64,000 nucleotides of DNA, taken from Felis catus. Lineage: Eukaryota. The stretch is from the NCBI RefSeq assembly GCF_018350175.1, contig NC_058368.1, positions 67,892,001 to 67,956,000 of the forward strand. The letters run 5' to 3'. This document shows positions 38,410 through 51,636 of this stretch, piece by piece. The position numbers and the translations under genes were made by a program. The notes under the pieces are model-generated. The model did no database searches and was not told the DNA's origin. It was given only the letters and a program-made list of their open reading frames with translations. Numbering within the stretch: position 1 is the first letter of the stretch; each line of letters opens with the position of its first letter.

Positions 38410-38861
38410 CGTAGTGGGTTGAATGGTGCCCCCACCCCCAAAGATATGTTTATGTCCTAGCACCTGGAACCTGTGAATATGACCTTATTTGAAAAAAGGG
38501 TCTTTGCAGATGTAATTAAATATGGATCTCAAGATGAGAGCACCCCGGATTACACAGGTGAGCTCCAAATCCAATGACAGATGTCTTTATAAGAGACAGA
38601 AGAGGAGAAAAAAACAGAATGACAGGAGAAGACCATGTAAAGATGTAGGCTGAGATTGGAGTGGTACCAAGCAATGTCTGGAGACACCAGAAACTGGAAG
38701 AGGCAAGCAAAGCTTCTCCTCTAGAACCTTCAGAGGAACATAGCTCTGCCAGCACCTTGATTCTGTACTTCCAGCTTCCAGAACTGTGAGAGAATAAATC
38801 TCTGTGTTTTAAGCCACCGGGTTTATGGTTATTTGTTATGGAGCTCTAGGAAATGAATACA
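38410..38861 (+). mobile_element. MLT1C-like MaLR solo LTR
   Basis: gtagtgggttgaatggtgcccc...gggtctttgcagatgtaattaa...gagaataaatctctgtgttttaagccacc...aatgaataca. Confidence 0.9.
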
Positions 38862-39091
38862 ACCTCCAACTCCTCTGTGCTCTGGAAAATCTGACTAGTC
38901 ACGGGCAGTTCTAAGGGTTCCCACTACAGAGAAGGTTGGCTTGTGGCCAATCTCATCAACATCCTGAAGGCATCTCTACAGACTTCATGGTTATAAAAAA
39001 ATGGAACCACCCTTAGTAGGCTGATTTATGTTCACAAAAGCCCGAAGAAAGTAGGCATCTTCCTTAGATGGGGAAACTGAGGCTCCCCCCT

Positions 39092-39226
39092 AGTGTTTTT
39101 CATAGTGTGTGTGATCTGTGGACCATCTGCAGCAGAATCACCTGTGGTATTTGTTGAAATGCAGTCTCCTGGGCCCTGACCAAGACCTAGTGAATCAGAA
39201 AGTCTAGGCTTTTTTTGAGAGCCACT
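39092..39226. mobile_element. MER5A-like MITE, internally deleted, within an antisense MIR
   Basis: cagaatcacctgtggtatttgttgaaatgcag...gacctagtgaatcagaa...tttgagagccactg. Confidence 0.7.
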
Positions 39227-40887
39227 GCTCTAAGAGAGTAGGTAACTTGCATGATGTGTAATGGCAGGTAAAAAAGGCAGTGAGGGCTTGAATCCAGCAC
39301 ATGTCCTTTCCAACAGAAACCAGCTGACTTTTCCTTTTTCCTCTTCCCTCTAAATTCCTGCAAGGATTCAGTGGCACCAGTGAATAAATTGTTTTCTTTC
39401 TAAATATTAAATAACCAATAATTATTTACTCATTTGGTTCCATATCAAAACAATGATAGTATGGCTAACTGCCTATGTGTCCATTTCCCTGAGATCACTA
39501 ACTGTTCCATGGTGGGGCCACATTTAATTTATCCTCTTATCTCTAGTCTCTAGGGCAGGGCCTTGCATAAAGAAGGCATTGCATGCTGAAAAAGCCTAAC
39601 CATTCTTTTTTGTTTTCATTACAAAAGAACTACGTGCTTATTTATTAAAATTTCAAGCATTGACCAAGTGTAGGAAGTGAAAAGAGTGAATGTCATCCTT
39701 AATGCCAACATTTTGAATGTAGCCTTTCATTTTGTGGATGTGTACAGATTATTATAAATATAGTTTTCCCACAAAAGGGCATATTGCTCTGTAGTATACT
39801 TTTTCCTTTTAACAACTACATCATGGGCAGCTCCTCCTGATTAGTGCCTCATGACCTACTGTATTATTTCCAAAAAGCATGGCCATTTAAAAGGACCATT
39901 TGTAGTTAATCTTCATACTTCTTGTCGGAAGAGCTCAGTTGGGATCAGCTAAAGAAAGTGATGTCATTTTAGGCCTCTAGGGTATAAAGATGCAGAAAGG
40001 CTCAAAGGGATGGACAGACGCCAGAGAGAAGCTTAGAAACTGTCTAGCTCGGAGGAACCAAAGAAAGGAGACTTTTTGCCTCAAAGGAAAAGGATGTGCT
40101 TTAGAAGAAGGAACTTCAAGTCATTCCAGAAAAGAGAAGGCTGTATGTTCTGAAAACCCGAAGAAAAAAGCTGACGAGGTTGATTCCTGACCTTGTAGCT
40201 TTCTCCATAGCGGCGAATAGAAAGCCAACATTCAGCGAGAATTATAAGTGGATTTCAGCTGCTTAAAAACCAGTTGCGAAAGAGTGAGTCAAAGTAAATG
40301 GTGAAAGTTAGGCTGGAAAAGACATTCTGTTTTTCTTACTTTGGATATATTCTTAACTTTTGAGACTCTTTTTAAAATTTATGCAACAAGCAATTAGTAT
40401 CTGCCACCTAACTGGAACACAGCAAGTCAGGGCAGACTCAGAAGTGAGTCTCCACCCACAGTATATTAAATTAGTTCCGTGGGATCTCCTCTACCACAGG
40501 CTGATGGTGGCAGCAAATAGTTTTCATTTTATCCCATTTTATCACAGAAGGTCTTTCTGAAAACAAGGGTGAAATCATATACAATGGCTGAGTAACACAG
40601 ATTGGCTGGTTAATAGCAAGGAGTTGAGGAGAGACAATCCCATAGCAATGAAAATGTTATAAAACCCCTAATTATGGCATCAAGCATGGTGAATGGGCCC
40701 TAGGTTTTTCTTTGTAAATGCTACAATGTATGTATGATTGTCTGTTGCACTGAAAACCATGTTAAGCATTAAATGGGTGTATTGTGAATTTATTTTAAAA
40801 CTAATTTCCTACCTAAGGTTTTAGTTTCTCAGCTTACTTGGTGTGACTTTAGGAGATAGAAAAAATGTATTTAAACAGTGGAGTGGT

Positions 40888-41067
40888 GGGGCACCTGGGT
40901 GGCTCAGTCAGTTGAGCGTCCGACTTCAGCTCAGGTTGTGATCTTGTGGGTTCATGTTCGAGCTCCACATCGGGCTCTCTGCTGTCAGTGTGGAGCCCAC
41001 TTTGGATCCTCTGTCTCCCTCTCTCTGCCTCTTCTCTCTCTTTCTCAAAAATAAACATTTAAAAAAA
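40888..41067 (+). mobile_element. Can-SINE
   Basis: ggggcacctgggtggctcagtcagttgagcg; TSD taaacagtgg. Confidence 0.93.
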
Positions 41068-42874
41068 TAAACAGTGGGATGGGCTTTCTATGTGGTAATT
41101 TTTCAGGGGACTCAGCAGGCAGTTTTGATGCTGACTTTAATGTGAATTATCAGCTTTCATACAAAATTTGTTCAGAAGAGTGGAAACTAGCCTTTGTCTT
41201 CCCTTGAGAAGAAACCTGTAGAAAACTTTATTCATATCAACAGCTCTAACAATTTCTGAGTTTCTCTTTGTATCTGAATCACTTAAATCCTTTTCTGACA
41301 TTGATTCTTAATCCACAGATTTATGACTGTCTCCATTTTCTCTACCCTTACTTCAATTATAGACACATGGTTTCACCCCCAGTTCTGTCATTGCTTGTGT
41401 GTCATTGAGGAATTGCTATTTCCTTCACAAATAAACTCACAATCGACCAGCTTGTGTCCCATGAGCTTTTGATGTCTTGCTTTTGGTATGCTTGATGATA
41501 ATTCGCATTTCCTAAATTGTATTAGTACCAGTATTAACATTTTATTTTTCTGTCTTCCACAGTGTTGTATAAAAACAGGAAAGAAAAGGCAACTGAATTT
41601 TCGGGTACTTAAATAAATGCCGCTGTATGGGCAATGTAGTCCCATCAGGTCATACTTCAGCCTGGTGTTTCATCAGGTGAAACACGCACACAGGATTGGT
41701 CCCAGAGAGAATGGGGTTTCACTGTATAATAAATGAAAACAAAGGTTGTGTGAATCTCAAAGACTCTGTCATGTGTATATTAAAACGTTCCGTCATCTCA
41801 TAAGTGTGGTAGGAATGGGAGCTAAAAATTCCATGTTATTTCAGCAGTGTCCAGATGACTAATTTAGTTGATCAGTTCAACAGTGACCTCCAAGCCTGTT
41901 CTTCTTTTTCTAAAAAGAGGGTACTGATCCTGATCTCACAGCATTACTGTGAGGATTAAGTAGCTGCATGGTGGGAGCCAGAAATCTAACATTAACATCT
42001 TCTCAGGCGGGTGGGGCAGCTGGAGGACAGGGGCCACGGCTTGCAGGCCTGTGTGAGACTTTGTACAGGTGGTTACATAGTTAAGAAGCATTAAAAAAAT
42101 TGTTAATCTTTCTCTGGTTGGGATGTCAAAAGCGATTTAGCAATTGGGTTTTAGATGAAGAGGTGTGAATCAGATATGGTAAGCTTCGACATTTTTAGAG
42201 AAGCTATGTATGGTCATTGGCAGAGATCATTCTTGCCTAAATGTGTTAAGAGTTACAACCAACCCTTGGTTGTCCATGGTGAGGGTTACAGTAAATTTTA
42301 TCTCCCAGGTTCGTATGCGTTTGAGAGCGAGAGAGCGTGTTGTGTATATTTACACTTGCACCACAGTTGAAGTCTGGACTTCTCCCAGGCAAACAGAGAT
42401 AGATGGTTACCCTATTTGGGCTTGATGTTCTTCATTTGGGATCTGACTTAATTTAAGATGGAGCATTTCTCAGAAGGGCTTCCTGTTTCTGTTGAGTTAT
42501 GACATAACCACATTCTAAGCATGAGTGGACTTATTCCTGACGATGGCCTTTCTCACTTCCTCAAAGTGTTAGGGATCTTTCTGGAGGCAGGTGTTTAGCA
42601 TCACTTGACTGTCCTTAATTGAGCAATGGTACCGGGACCTTGAGATTAACAGGTTTATCAGGAGATCACAGGATTCCAGAAGAACCTTCTGCATCTCCAT
42701 ACTGTATATCCACTGGAGGTGTTTAATTAGTCTTGAAGCAGCACTTGGAACATAAGGCTGTATGATTCAAAGTCAACAGTTATTCACATATTATTTGTAG
42801 TTTTCTAATGACCCATGCTGACATTCCTTTCCAGGATTGCTGTATGCATTATCATATTTATCTGAGAGATGGAT

Positions 42875-43120
42875 TAGCGTGATACTTAGGGTCAAGACTC
42901 TAGCTGCCACTCTGCTTTACCCACATCAATTTTGTGACCCTTGATAAGTTATTTAATTTCTTTCCCTTCATTTCCTTCATAAGTAATATGAGGATAATGG
43001 TAATACCTACCTCAAAAAAATACCTACCTCATGGCCTTGTTGCAGGGACCAAATGAATTTATATTTCTAAAATGTTTATAACAGTGTGTGATACTTAGCA
43101 AGAACTATATAAATGTTTGT
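42875..43120 (+). mobile_element. MIR
   Basis: ttgataagttatttaat...catttccttcataagtaatatgaggataatggtaatacctacctc. Confidence 0.7.
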
Positions 43121-43849
43121 AAGAAAAAAATATAAATAAAGCTTTTACATAGAATCAGGTGCTGGTAATATTAAGCTTAAAATGCTCGCAAGCATAAATA
43201 TGGGATAAAGGAAAGAACAAAAGAAAAAGTGAGGGCTACAGATAGCACTGAGGCATTCAAGAGGAGAGTAGGAAATACATTCCTCAGGAGATTCAAAGAT
43301 GGAAATCTTGTGTGTTAGCAGAGCCAGTGTTTTCTTGGGTATCACGAACCTGAGAGACAAACGTGATTTTTCCTTTGCTTTCTTCGTTGAGCACTGTTGA
43401 GTTTTTCTGGGGTGTTGCTACAATCATTTTCATAATTGTTAATATTGTCATCACTATCGTCATTATTTTGATGATTATATAAAATATTAGATTCCATTTG
43501 ATTTTGGCAGTTTGCTGTACCATTTAAAACAGTGGTCCAGCCTCAGGACTTAGAGGTTCTGAAATGGTAGTTTCTTATTGAAGTCTGGATGAGACCACAG
43601 TGGATTTAGTATGTCTGCTGTTGAGTTTTCTGAATGAAACAGGGAAATGGAAACAATTCATAGAACTGACAGTGCAGCATCTGGCAATGACTTCTTCTAT
43701 ATCCTAGATAGAGTGGTCTGAGAATCACTGCTTCAGAGTGATGTGAACAAGTTAGTCTTATTATCCAGGTCCCAGTTCTTATGTCAGAAGTAAAAACAAA
43801 AAGTTAACAACAAAGAACGCCAGAAGTTTAAACATTGGAAAAATACAAA

Positions 43850-44590
43850 GGCACAGTAGAAAGGGGTATGGGTTTTGGAATTTGATAGCATTGTATACAA
43901 ATTCTGGCTCTGGCATCAATTGTATGAAGCTCAAGAATTTGTTAAACTCTCAGAGACTATGAAATGGGATTGACAACCCCTCATAGAGTCAGAGTAGGGA
44001 TGAAATGAGATCATATATGTCAAAGCAGCTGTTCTTAGTGGCACTTGATAGAGGCAATTTCCTTTTCTCTACCATCAACTAGACTGTTTCTTAGTCATAG
44101 AGATCGTGCCTTTTTATTAGTACATCCCCAGCACCCAAAACAGTGTCTGACATATAGGAGATATTAAATGGATATTTATTCAGTATTGAATGAATAATGG
44201 TCTAATTAAATCCATTCATTCATCAACCCCTAATTAAGTAACCATTCTACGTGAGTTACTCTGCTAAGAACTTGAGAAACAGAGACGAACATGGCATGGT
44301 TCCCTTCCCATAGAGACTTATAGAAGGGAAGGAGAGAATATACCTTATAATGAGTGCATTGTAAAGTCTGTACAAGGCAGTATGGGTGCACAAATGAGGA
44401 AGTGCCCTTACTCTAATTGGGAAAGTCTGGGAAAGCTTCACAGAGGAAGAGATGTTTAAGCTAAATCCACTCAGCAGATATAGTGAGGGGAAGAGCCCTC
44501 TTCCTAGAGGTAATTACATGTACAAGAACTCAGGGGGAGGGCAGAACATGCTGTGTTCTGTGAACTGCATGTTTTCACATATCTGGAGAA

Positions 44591-44637
<47 letters not shown>

Positions 44638-44950
44638 GGGGACTGGGGAAGGGGAGTCTTGATGGAATCTGGGGTGAAAAGCTAGGCAGGGGGGCGAATC
44701 ATGATTCTTTTAAGATTTGTTTGGACACTTGAACTATATCATAAGGGTAATGGAGAGCCTTCAGAGGATTTTAAGTGAGGATGGACAGGACCAATTTAGG
44801 TAGGGCCTTCTGGCTGCCACATGGAGGACAGCTCATGACTACTGTGGTGTTCCAAGTGAGGCAGAGGACATGGGAGCACACAGTGGCTCTGGGAAGACCA
44901 ATGGGATGGATTCAAAAGGACTTTGGTACTGATCAGATGTAAAATCTAGA
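43850..44950. mobile_element. cluster of MIR (+), L2 3' end (+) and L2 (-) fragments with (TG)n at 44593-44633
   Basis: ccccagcacccaaaacagtgtctgacatatagg; ccattcattcatc; ggaaagcttcacagaggaag. Confidence 0.65.
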
Positions 44951-47380
44951 GAAACCCAATCCTGGGTTGAGTTCTATCAGTAGAGATTCTTCTGTATTTT
45001 AAGAGGCATACAAAATATTTTGTGTTTTCATTAGATTTTCTGACTTTACTATAGTGTTTTTAACATCTGAAAGCCACCACACTCATCCATTGTCCTTTTA
45101 ATTTTTTCTTTGGTTCTTTCTAGCTCATGTCTTTACAAACATTTAACTTTGGATTTTCCCATTGGTCTTCTCCCATTTGTACCTGTGGTTGTTTAACTGG
45201 GTGGAAAAAGTAGCCATTGATTAGCATCTCTGTCAGAGAGTAGCCATAAAGAGGAGGAGTAAAATTTTTGTTTCTAGTTTATTAGTTCCACTTAAACTTA
45301 TATTACAATATGAAGCTTAAATCAATGACTGTATTAAACCATGATTTGGATGCATAGCAATATTTTCCATAAAATTGTTTTCTTGGCTGTGCCCTCACTT
45401 GGTCGTGAGTCCATCTGAGTTCTGTAAGATACACAAAATGAGTTAAGAATCTGAGCCTTTCATGTATTGTATCTTTTGTTACTGCCACCAAAGACAAAGT
45501 GTTCAATACTACCACGTATATACCACTATACGCGAATATCCTTTGATGTCCTTGCTCAAATCATTTGGTCGCTACTTTGCTAGGTTCCAAGCTTGAATGG
45601 CCTTTTAAATATTTTCTTTTCATTGAGTGAGTTTTCTTATAGTGTAGCCTGTTTGCCTTTTATTTTAATCCCCTTTACAATGGCTGCCTTCCTGGGCTTT
45701 GGAGTAAAAGCCAAAAGGGATTTATTTATAAGAACAGAAATTCATATATTTGAGGGTTTTTTTTTTTTCTGGAAGATTATTCAATTGAACAAAGCCATTA
45801 CTTTCAAAATGTCTTTGGGTTGCATCCTAAAAATTTTATATTTTGTTTCACAGAAATTCATTAGCAAATACCAGTAAGCTTAATAAAATAGAACAGGAAT
45901 TGATTCTTTGTTTAGTAGTATAAGCACTTTAAAGCAGTCCAGTTTCTTAGGTATAGATTGGTACGTAATGGTAGGCTTCAAATTGTTGAGCTATAATCAG
46001 CTATAGGAAAGCACCAATTGAAAAAGGGGATATGGAGCTGTGAATGAAGGAAGAAAATTGGTCGAACACTGCTGTTTTTAAAGTGTTAGCAAATATCCTT
46101 GATGATAGTTTTTTTTCAGTAGTAAGTGCCTATGAATGCAAGAAAACTCAGGGAGGGTGAGGAGGCAGCCTGGTGAAATGGAAAAGGCACAGGAAGCACG
46201 TTTTCTCAGCTCTGGCACCTGGAGGACTTTGCATGAGTCTCTTCACCCGCTTAGGTTTACCTTTCTTTATCTACAAAGTCGGGAGATTGAAACATTTGAA
46301 CTTTAGCGTCTTTAAAATGTTACTCTTCAAAGCTTGGGAAGTTGTGTGAAGATAGAAATATGTGGAGGCTGTGGATCTATGGGGAAATTGGTCCCTGATT
46401 TTTTTTTTTTTGACATTGAAATATGAAAATAAAGGAACTTTGTGGTCCTAGACTAATCCCCTTCAGCCAGCCCTGGTGAATGTGTTAGGGATTTACAGCA
46501 AGTACTACACAGGTCATATGAACCAAGTTTCTTATAGAAGAAACTGAAAGCAGGATCAGCTGCATTTATAAAGGTACCACAAGGTCCTGGAATTGTCTTA
46601 ACCGTGGGTCCTAGAATCGTCTTAAACCCCACTTATCCTTGTGGGGTTTACCTGGGATGGATGAAGGTCATCAGAATAGTGAATGGTAACTGTCATTCAG
46701 GAAGGTTCAGAAGTAAGATGGCAACAACATCACAATTAGGTACCTTCATTCCCAGGACATTGAGAAAGGCCATTTAACTACATATTTGTCTCTACTGAAA
46801 TGAAGATAAGGATAAAGAGATAATTATTAGCAGGTGAAAAATATAAAGAAAAATGAGATGAAAGAAAGTAAACATTTTCTATGAAAAAAACCAGACTGTT
46901 AGGGCCGAGGGAACTTTTGTCCTAGTCTGGTCTTTTTGGCTGAACAATGAGGGGCGTTTAAGTGCCCAGGTAAGTCTGAAAGCCATGGAGAGTCAAGGCG
47001 GATATTTCTGCCCTCTGTAACTTCTATGTATGAAGATAGCATGGGCTTTTTGGGGGAAAATCAAGGAAATTATCATCAAACATTAATTATAATTGTTCCT
47101 TTACACTGTAAATAATTTGATTCTTAACGAGATTTAATGAAATGGAAAACCAGGCACAAAGAACACAAGAGTAAGATTCTCTGTGAACAGTCTTCACGAA
47201 CAGTACGATCAGTTATGTATCCATCTACCCATCCTGGGTTTATCATGGCAGAAATTTATCCTTATCCAGCCCACTGGACTCCTATATCATGTACCTCCCA
47301 GACAGCTGTGAAGGCTCCTTTCTCTTTAGTTTTCAGGAGAGGATACATTTTGCCCCCCATATTATATGCAGAGTGCTTAA

Positions 47381-48769
47381 TTATTTACTTGTATTTAAGT
47401 ATAATTACCATACAGTGTTATATTTGTTTCAGGTGTACAATATAATAATTCAATAATTCTATACACTTCTTGGTGCTTATCAAGAGAAGTGTACGTTTAC
47501 TCCCCTTAATCTATTTCACCCATATCCCTGCCCACTTTCCCTCTGGCCACCGCTAGTTGATGCTCTGTATTTACCAGTCTGTATTTTTTTGTCTTTTTTT
47601 TCCTTTGTTTGTTTTGTTTCTTAATCACATGTATGAGTGAAATAATATGGTATTTATCTGACTGACTTACTTCACTTAGCATGATACCCACTGTGTCCAT
47701 CCATGTTTTTGCAGATGGAAAGATCTCATTCTTTTTTTATGGCTGAGTAATATTTCATTATATACATGGGCCATATCTTCTTTATCCATTTATCTATCCA
47801 TAGACGTTTGAGTTGCTTCCATATCTTGGCTATTGTAAATAGTGCTGCAGTAAACATAGGGGTGCATATGTCTTTTTGACGTAGCATGTTCATTTTCTTT
47901 GGGATTACTGGATCATATGGCAATTCTATTTTTAACTTTTTGAACTATCTCAATACTGTTTTCCACAGTGGCTAAATGAATTTGCATTCTCACCAACAGC
48001 ATACAAGGATTTCTCTATTTTCCACATCTTTGTCAATGCTTGTTATTTCCTTTTTTAAAAACAAAGTTTTAGGGGAGAGGGTCAGAGGGAGAGAGAATCT
48101 TAAGCAGGCTCCACACTCAGCATGGAGCCTGACACGGGGCTCAACCCCACGACCCTGGGATTATGACCTGAGCCCATGCTCAACTGACTGAGTCACCCAG
48201 ATGCCTCAACACTTGTTATTTCTTATGTTTTTGAACTTACCCATTATGACAAGTATAAAGTGACATCTCATTGTGGCTTTAATTTACATTTGCCTGATGA
48301 CTAGTGATGTTGAGCATCTTTTCACGTGTCTGTCATCTATTTATCTTCTTTGGAAAATGTCTATTCAGGTCCTTTGCCTATTTTTTAATTGGATTATTAT
48401 TTTTGTTTTGGTAATGAGTTGTATAAGTGCTTTATATATTTTGGATATTAACCCCTTATTGGATATATCATTTGCAAATATCTTCTCCCATCTAGTAGGT
48501 TGCCTTTTTGTTTTGTTGATGTTTTTCTTCACTAGGCAGAAGCTTTTTATTTTGGTGTAGTCTCAATAGTTTAATTTTGCTTTTGTTTCCCTTGCCAGAG
48601 GAGACACATCTAGAAAAATGTTTTTACAGCTAGTGTCAAAGACATTACTACATATGTCTTCTTCTAGGAACTTTATGGTTTCAGGTCTCTCACATTAGGT
48701 CTTTAATCCATTTTGGGTTTATTTTGGCATTTAGCATAAGAAAGTAGTTTTATTCTTTTGCATGTAGCT
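47381..48769 (-). mobile_element. carnivore L1 3' segment (non-inverted part of a twin-primed insertion)
   Basis: antisense 3'UTR and ORF2 end (ORF-track CTPMFTAALFTIAKIWKQ); ends at ttcttttgcatgtagct. Confidence 0.93.
48050..48207 (-). mobile_element. old carnivore SINEC nested in L1
   Basis: gagaatcttaagcaggctccacactcagc; TSD aa(tg/ca)cttgttatttc. Confidence 0.9.
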
Positions 48770-49523
48770 TAGGAATAAACTTAATGAAGGAGGTAAAAGA
48801 CCTGTTCTCTGAAAACTACAAAAAAAATTGATAAAAGAAATCGGAGATGACACAAATGGAAAGACATTCCATGCTTATGGATTGAAAGAAATGATATTCC
48901 TAAAATGTCCATACTACCCACAGCAGTTTACAGATTTAAATTTTTTTTTTCAACGTTTATTTATTTTTGGGACAGAGAGAGACAGAGCATGAATGGGGGA
49001 GGGGCAGAGAGAGAGGGAGACACAGAGTCGGAAACAGGCTCCAGGCTCTGAGCCATCAGCCCAGAGCCCGACGTGGGGCTCGAACTCACGGACCGTGAGA
49101 TCGTGACCTGGCTGAAGTCGGACGCTTAACCGACTGCGCCACCCAGGCGCCCCTACAGATTTAATGTAACATCTATCAACATATCAACAACGTTTTTCAA
49201 AGAACTAGAACAGGTAATCTTAAAGTTGGTATGGAGTCACAAAAGAACTTGAATAATCAAAGCAATCTTGAAAAAGAAGAACAAAACCGGAGATATGACA
49301 GTCCCAGATTTCAAGATACACTACAAAGCTGTAGTAATCAAAACAGTATGGTACTGGCACAAGAATAGACACATAGATCAACAGAATAGAATAGAGTCCA
49401 GAAATAAACCCACACTTTTATGGTCAGTTAATTTACCACAAAAGAGGCAAGAATATACAATGGGGAAAAGAAAGCTTCTTCAACAGATGGTGTTGGCAAA
49501 ACTGGACAGCTGCATAAAAAGAA
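48770..49523 (+). mobile_element. L1 ORF2 segment (inverted 5' part of the same insertion)
   Basis: aggaataaacttaatgaaggaggtaaaagacc...; ORF-track [20 protein letters not shown]; ends at aactggacagctgcataaaaagaa. Confidence 0.93.
48940..49153 (-). mobile_element. young Can-SINE (SINEC_Fc) nested in L1
   Basis: CpG-rich; TSD tacagatttaa at 48929-48939 and 49154-49164. Confidence 0.98.
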
Positions 49524-49671
49524 AGGATACCTTTTAAAATGAACTTGAATTAATGAGGATTGAAATCTGCACTTACCCTGAAATGGATCACATGGTATTA
49601 TGAATTATTTACTTAAGCATTTTCATATAAAAAACTTTTTTTAATGTCTCCCTGCATTTACTTATGTTATT

Positions 49672-49878
49672 TTTTTAAAAAAATGTTTATTTTTGAGAGA
49701 GAGAGACGGAGTGTGAGTGGGGCAGGGGCAGAGAGAGAGGGAGACACAGAATCCAAAGCAGGCTCCAGACCCTGCTCTGTCAGCACAGAGCCTGACTCGG
49801 GACTCAAACTCATGAACCGTGAGATCATGACCTGAGCTGAAGTTGGATGCCTAACCAGCTGGGCCACCCAGGGGCCCC
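49672..49878 (-). mobile_element. Can-SINE
   Basis: antisense body; TSD ttatgttatt. Confidence 0.95.
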
Positions 49879-49906
49879 TATTTATGTTATTAAATGTGAG
49901 GACTGA

Positions 49907-50666
49907 CAGTGATTCTTGATCTTCTCTGTACCTTGGACCTCTTTGTTGGTCTGTAGAAGCCTGTAAATGACTTCTCAGAATAATGTTTGTAGGTGTATAA
50001 ATTAAGATAAAGTACACAGGATTACAAAAGAAGTCATTTGTGTTAAAACACTGTTTTCAAAATTACATAAAACAGGTGACTACAGTTAAGAATACTGTAT
50101 TGCATACTTGAAAGTTGCTAAGAGAGTAGATCATAAAAGTTCTCATCACAAGAAAAAAAATTGTGTAGCTCTGTGTGGTGACAGATATTACCTAGACTTA
50201 CTGTGGTGATCATTTCACAATATATACAAATACTGGGTCATCATGTTGTACACCTGAAACTAATATAGTGTTGTATGTCAATTATCCCTCAATAAAAATA
50301 TAAATTTTAAAAATCTTTTTTCTAGATTCCTTAAAAGTTTGTAAACAAAAAAATTGTACAAAATAAAACTGTGACATGGGGTGGACGTCTAAGTACCATG
50401 ATTTTGAAGTAATGATGAATATCATTGGTGTTGTGAGACAGCTGTTACAACCTAATGTGATATGAAGACATACATGAATTCTATTGGCGACCCAGTCACA
50501 GGATTGACTAATACTGTGATGATATGTTGAAAGAAAAGCTAAATTTTCACTAGAGGTAGAAAAAATAAAGATGCAAATTTGTTTTTTCCTATCCAAATTA
50601 ATGGACTCCCTGGGTTCTCTCCCAGGACACCTTGAGAGTTCAAGGATTCCAGGTTAAAAACCACTA
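49907..50666 (+). mobile_element. Charlie4a-like hAT element interrupted by an L1 3' end
   Basis: cagtgattcttgatc...ttctcagaataatgttt...ggattacaaaagaa; tctattggcgacccagtcacagg; end caggttaaaaaccacta. Confidence 0.7.
50076..50305 (+). mobile_element. L1MA/L1_Carn 3' end
   Basis: tacttgaaagttgctaagagagtagat...gttgtacacctgaaactaatata...gtcaattatccctcaataaa. Confidence 0.9.
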
Positions 50667-51636
50667 GCCTAGGAAATTTTCCTGGTCTGTACTCTACAAT
50701 AGACTTAACATTCACAGAGGAAGGGAAGATGGATATAAATGCCCACATTATTATCATAAATGGGAAATGAAGTAATCCTGTCATGTTTATTGTAATTAGA
50801 ATGCTAAGTACTGATAGAAAATATTGATGTGTTTGGGTATACCTCTCTAGCCTTAAGTTTCCCCCCCACCCTTGATTTCCTTATAAGGCATAAGATCATC
50901 TGTATAGTTTGTGTGGAAAATTATTAAACAACTGTGGACAAACTTTCAACAAATGAGGGTATTTCATAAGTATTTAATGGATCACAGAAAATTTGGTATA
51001 GATTATAGGAAGCAGAAGCTGAGATTCAGACATTTATTACATGGAGTAGACTATTGGCTTATACAAATCAGATCTGGACAAGAACAGAGCAGCCACTGGC
51101 CCAGGTCCAGGTCTGGATATTTCATTCTCATTTACAATGCTATCATGATTAATACTTCGCCAGGAGGAAAATCATCTTCTTTGACAAAGAACTCGTAGTT
51201 GGTGAGGGGTTAGGGGATTCTCTGTGATGACAGCCACATGTCTGGGTTCAGGTGGGGTGAGAACCACTTAATGGGCTACCTCTTGGGGCTAGGAGCCAGC
51301 CAAGGTGTGTGACACACTTCCATTTTCCTCCCTACCCCTAGATGTATGAGAATGTTCTGGAGTTAGTGGCTTCATGTGCATGGTCAGATGGGGTGACATT
51401 GGGAGATCGCAAACCTATGCCTATGATAATTTGTTTTGTTTTAACCTCAAATAATGTAGTTTCTCCTAGTAAACAATATTAAGAGTCAATCTTCCACATT
51501 CATACTGATATCGCAATGGCTCCCTGTACTGGCTGTGCCAATTCTGGACGAGGCGTAGAAGTTAGCAGATGGATGAAATCTCCAGGATAAAGATCATGGA
51601 AGGAGATGTGCCTTTTGTTCAAGCAGAGCCATCTTT

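Noticed and set aside
39990..40190. Lys/Glu-rich 66-aa ORF as a processed pseudogene
   Set aside because: No recognisable parent, poly(A) or TSD; purine-rich composition explains the open frame
41530..41620. Strong acceptor (attaac...ttttatttttctgtcttccacag) as a coding exon
   Set aside because: No good donor downstream; all three frames hit stops within about 55 nt; peptide unrecognised
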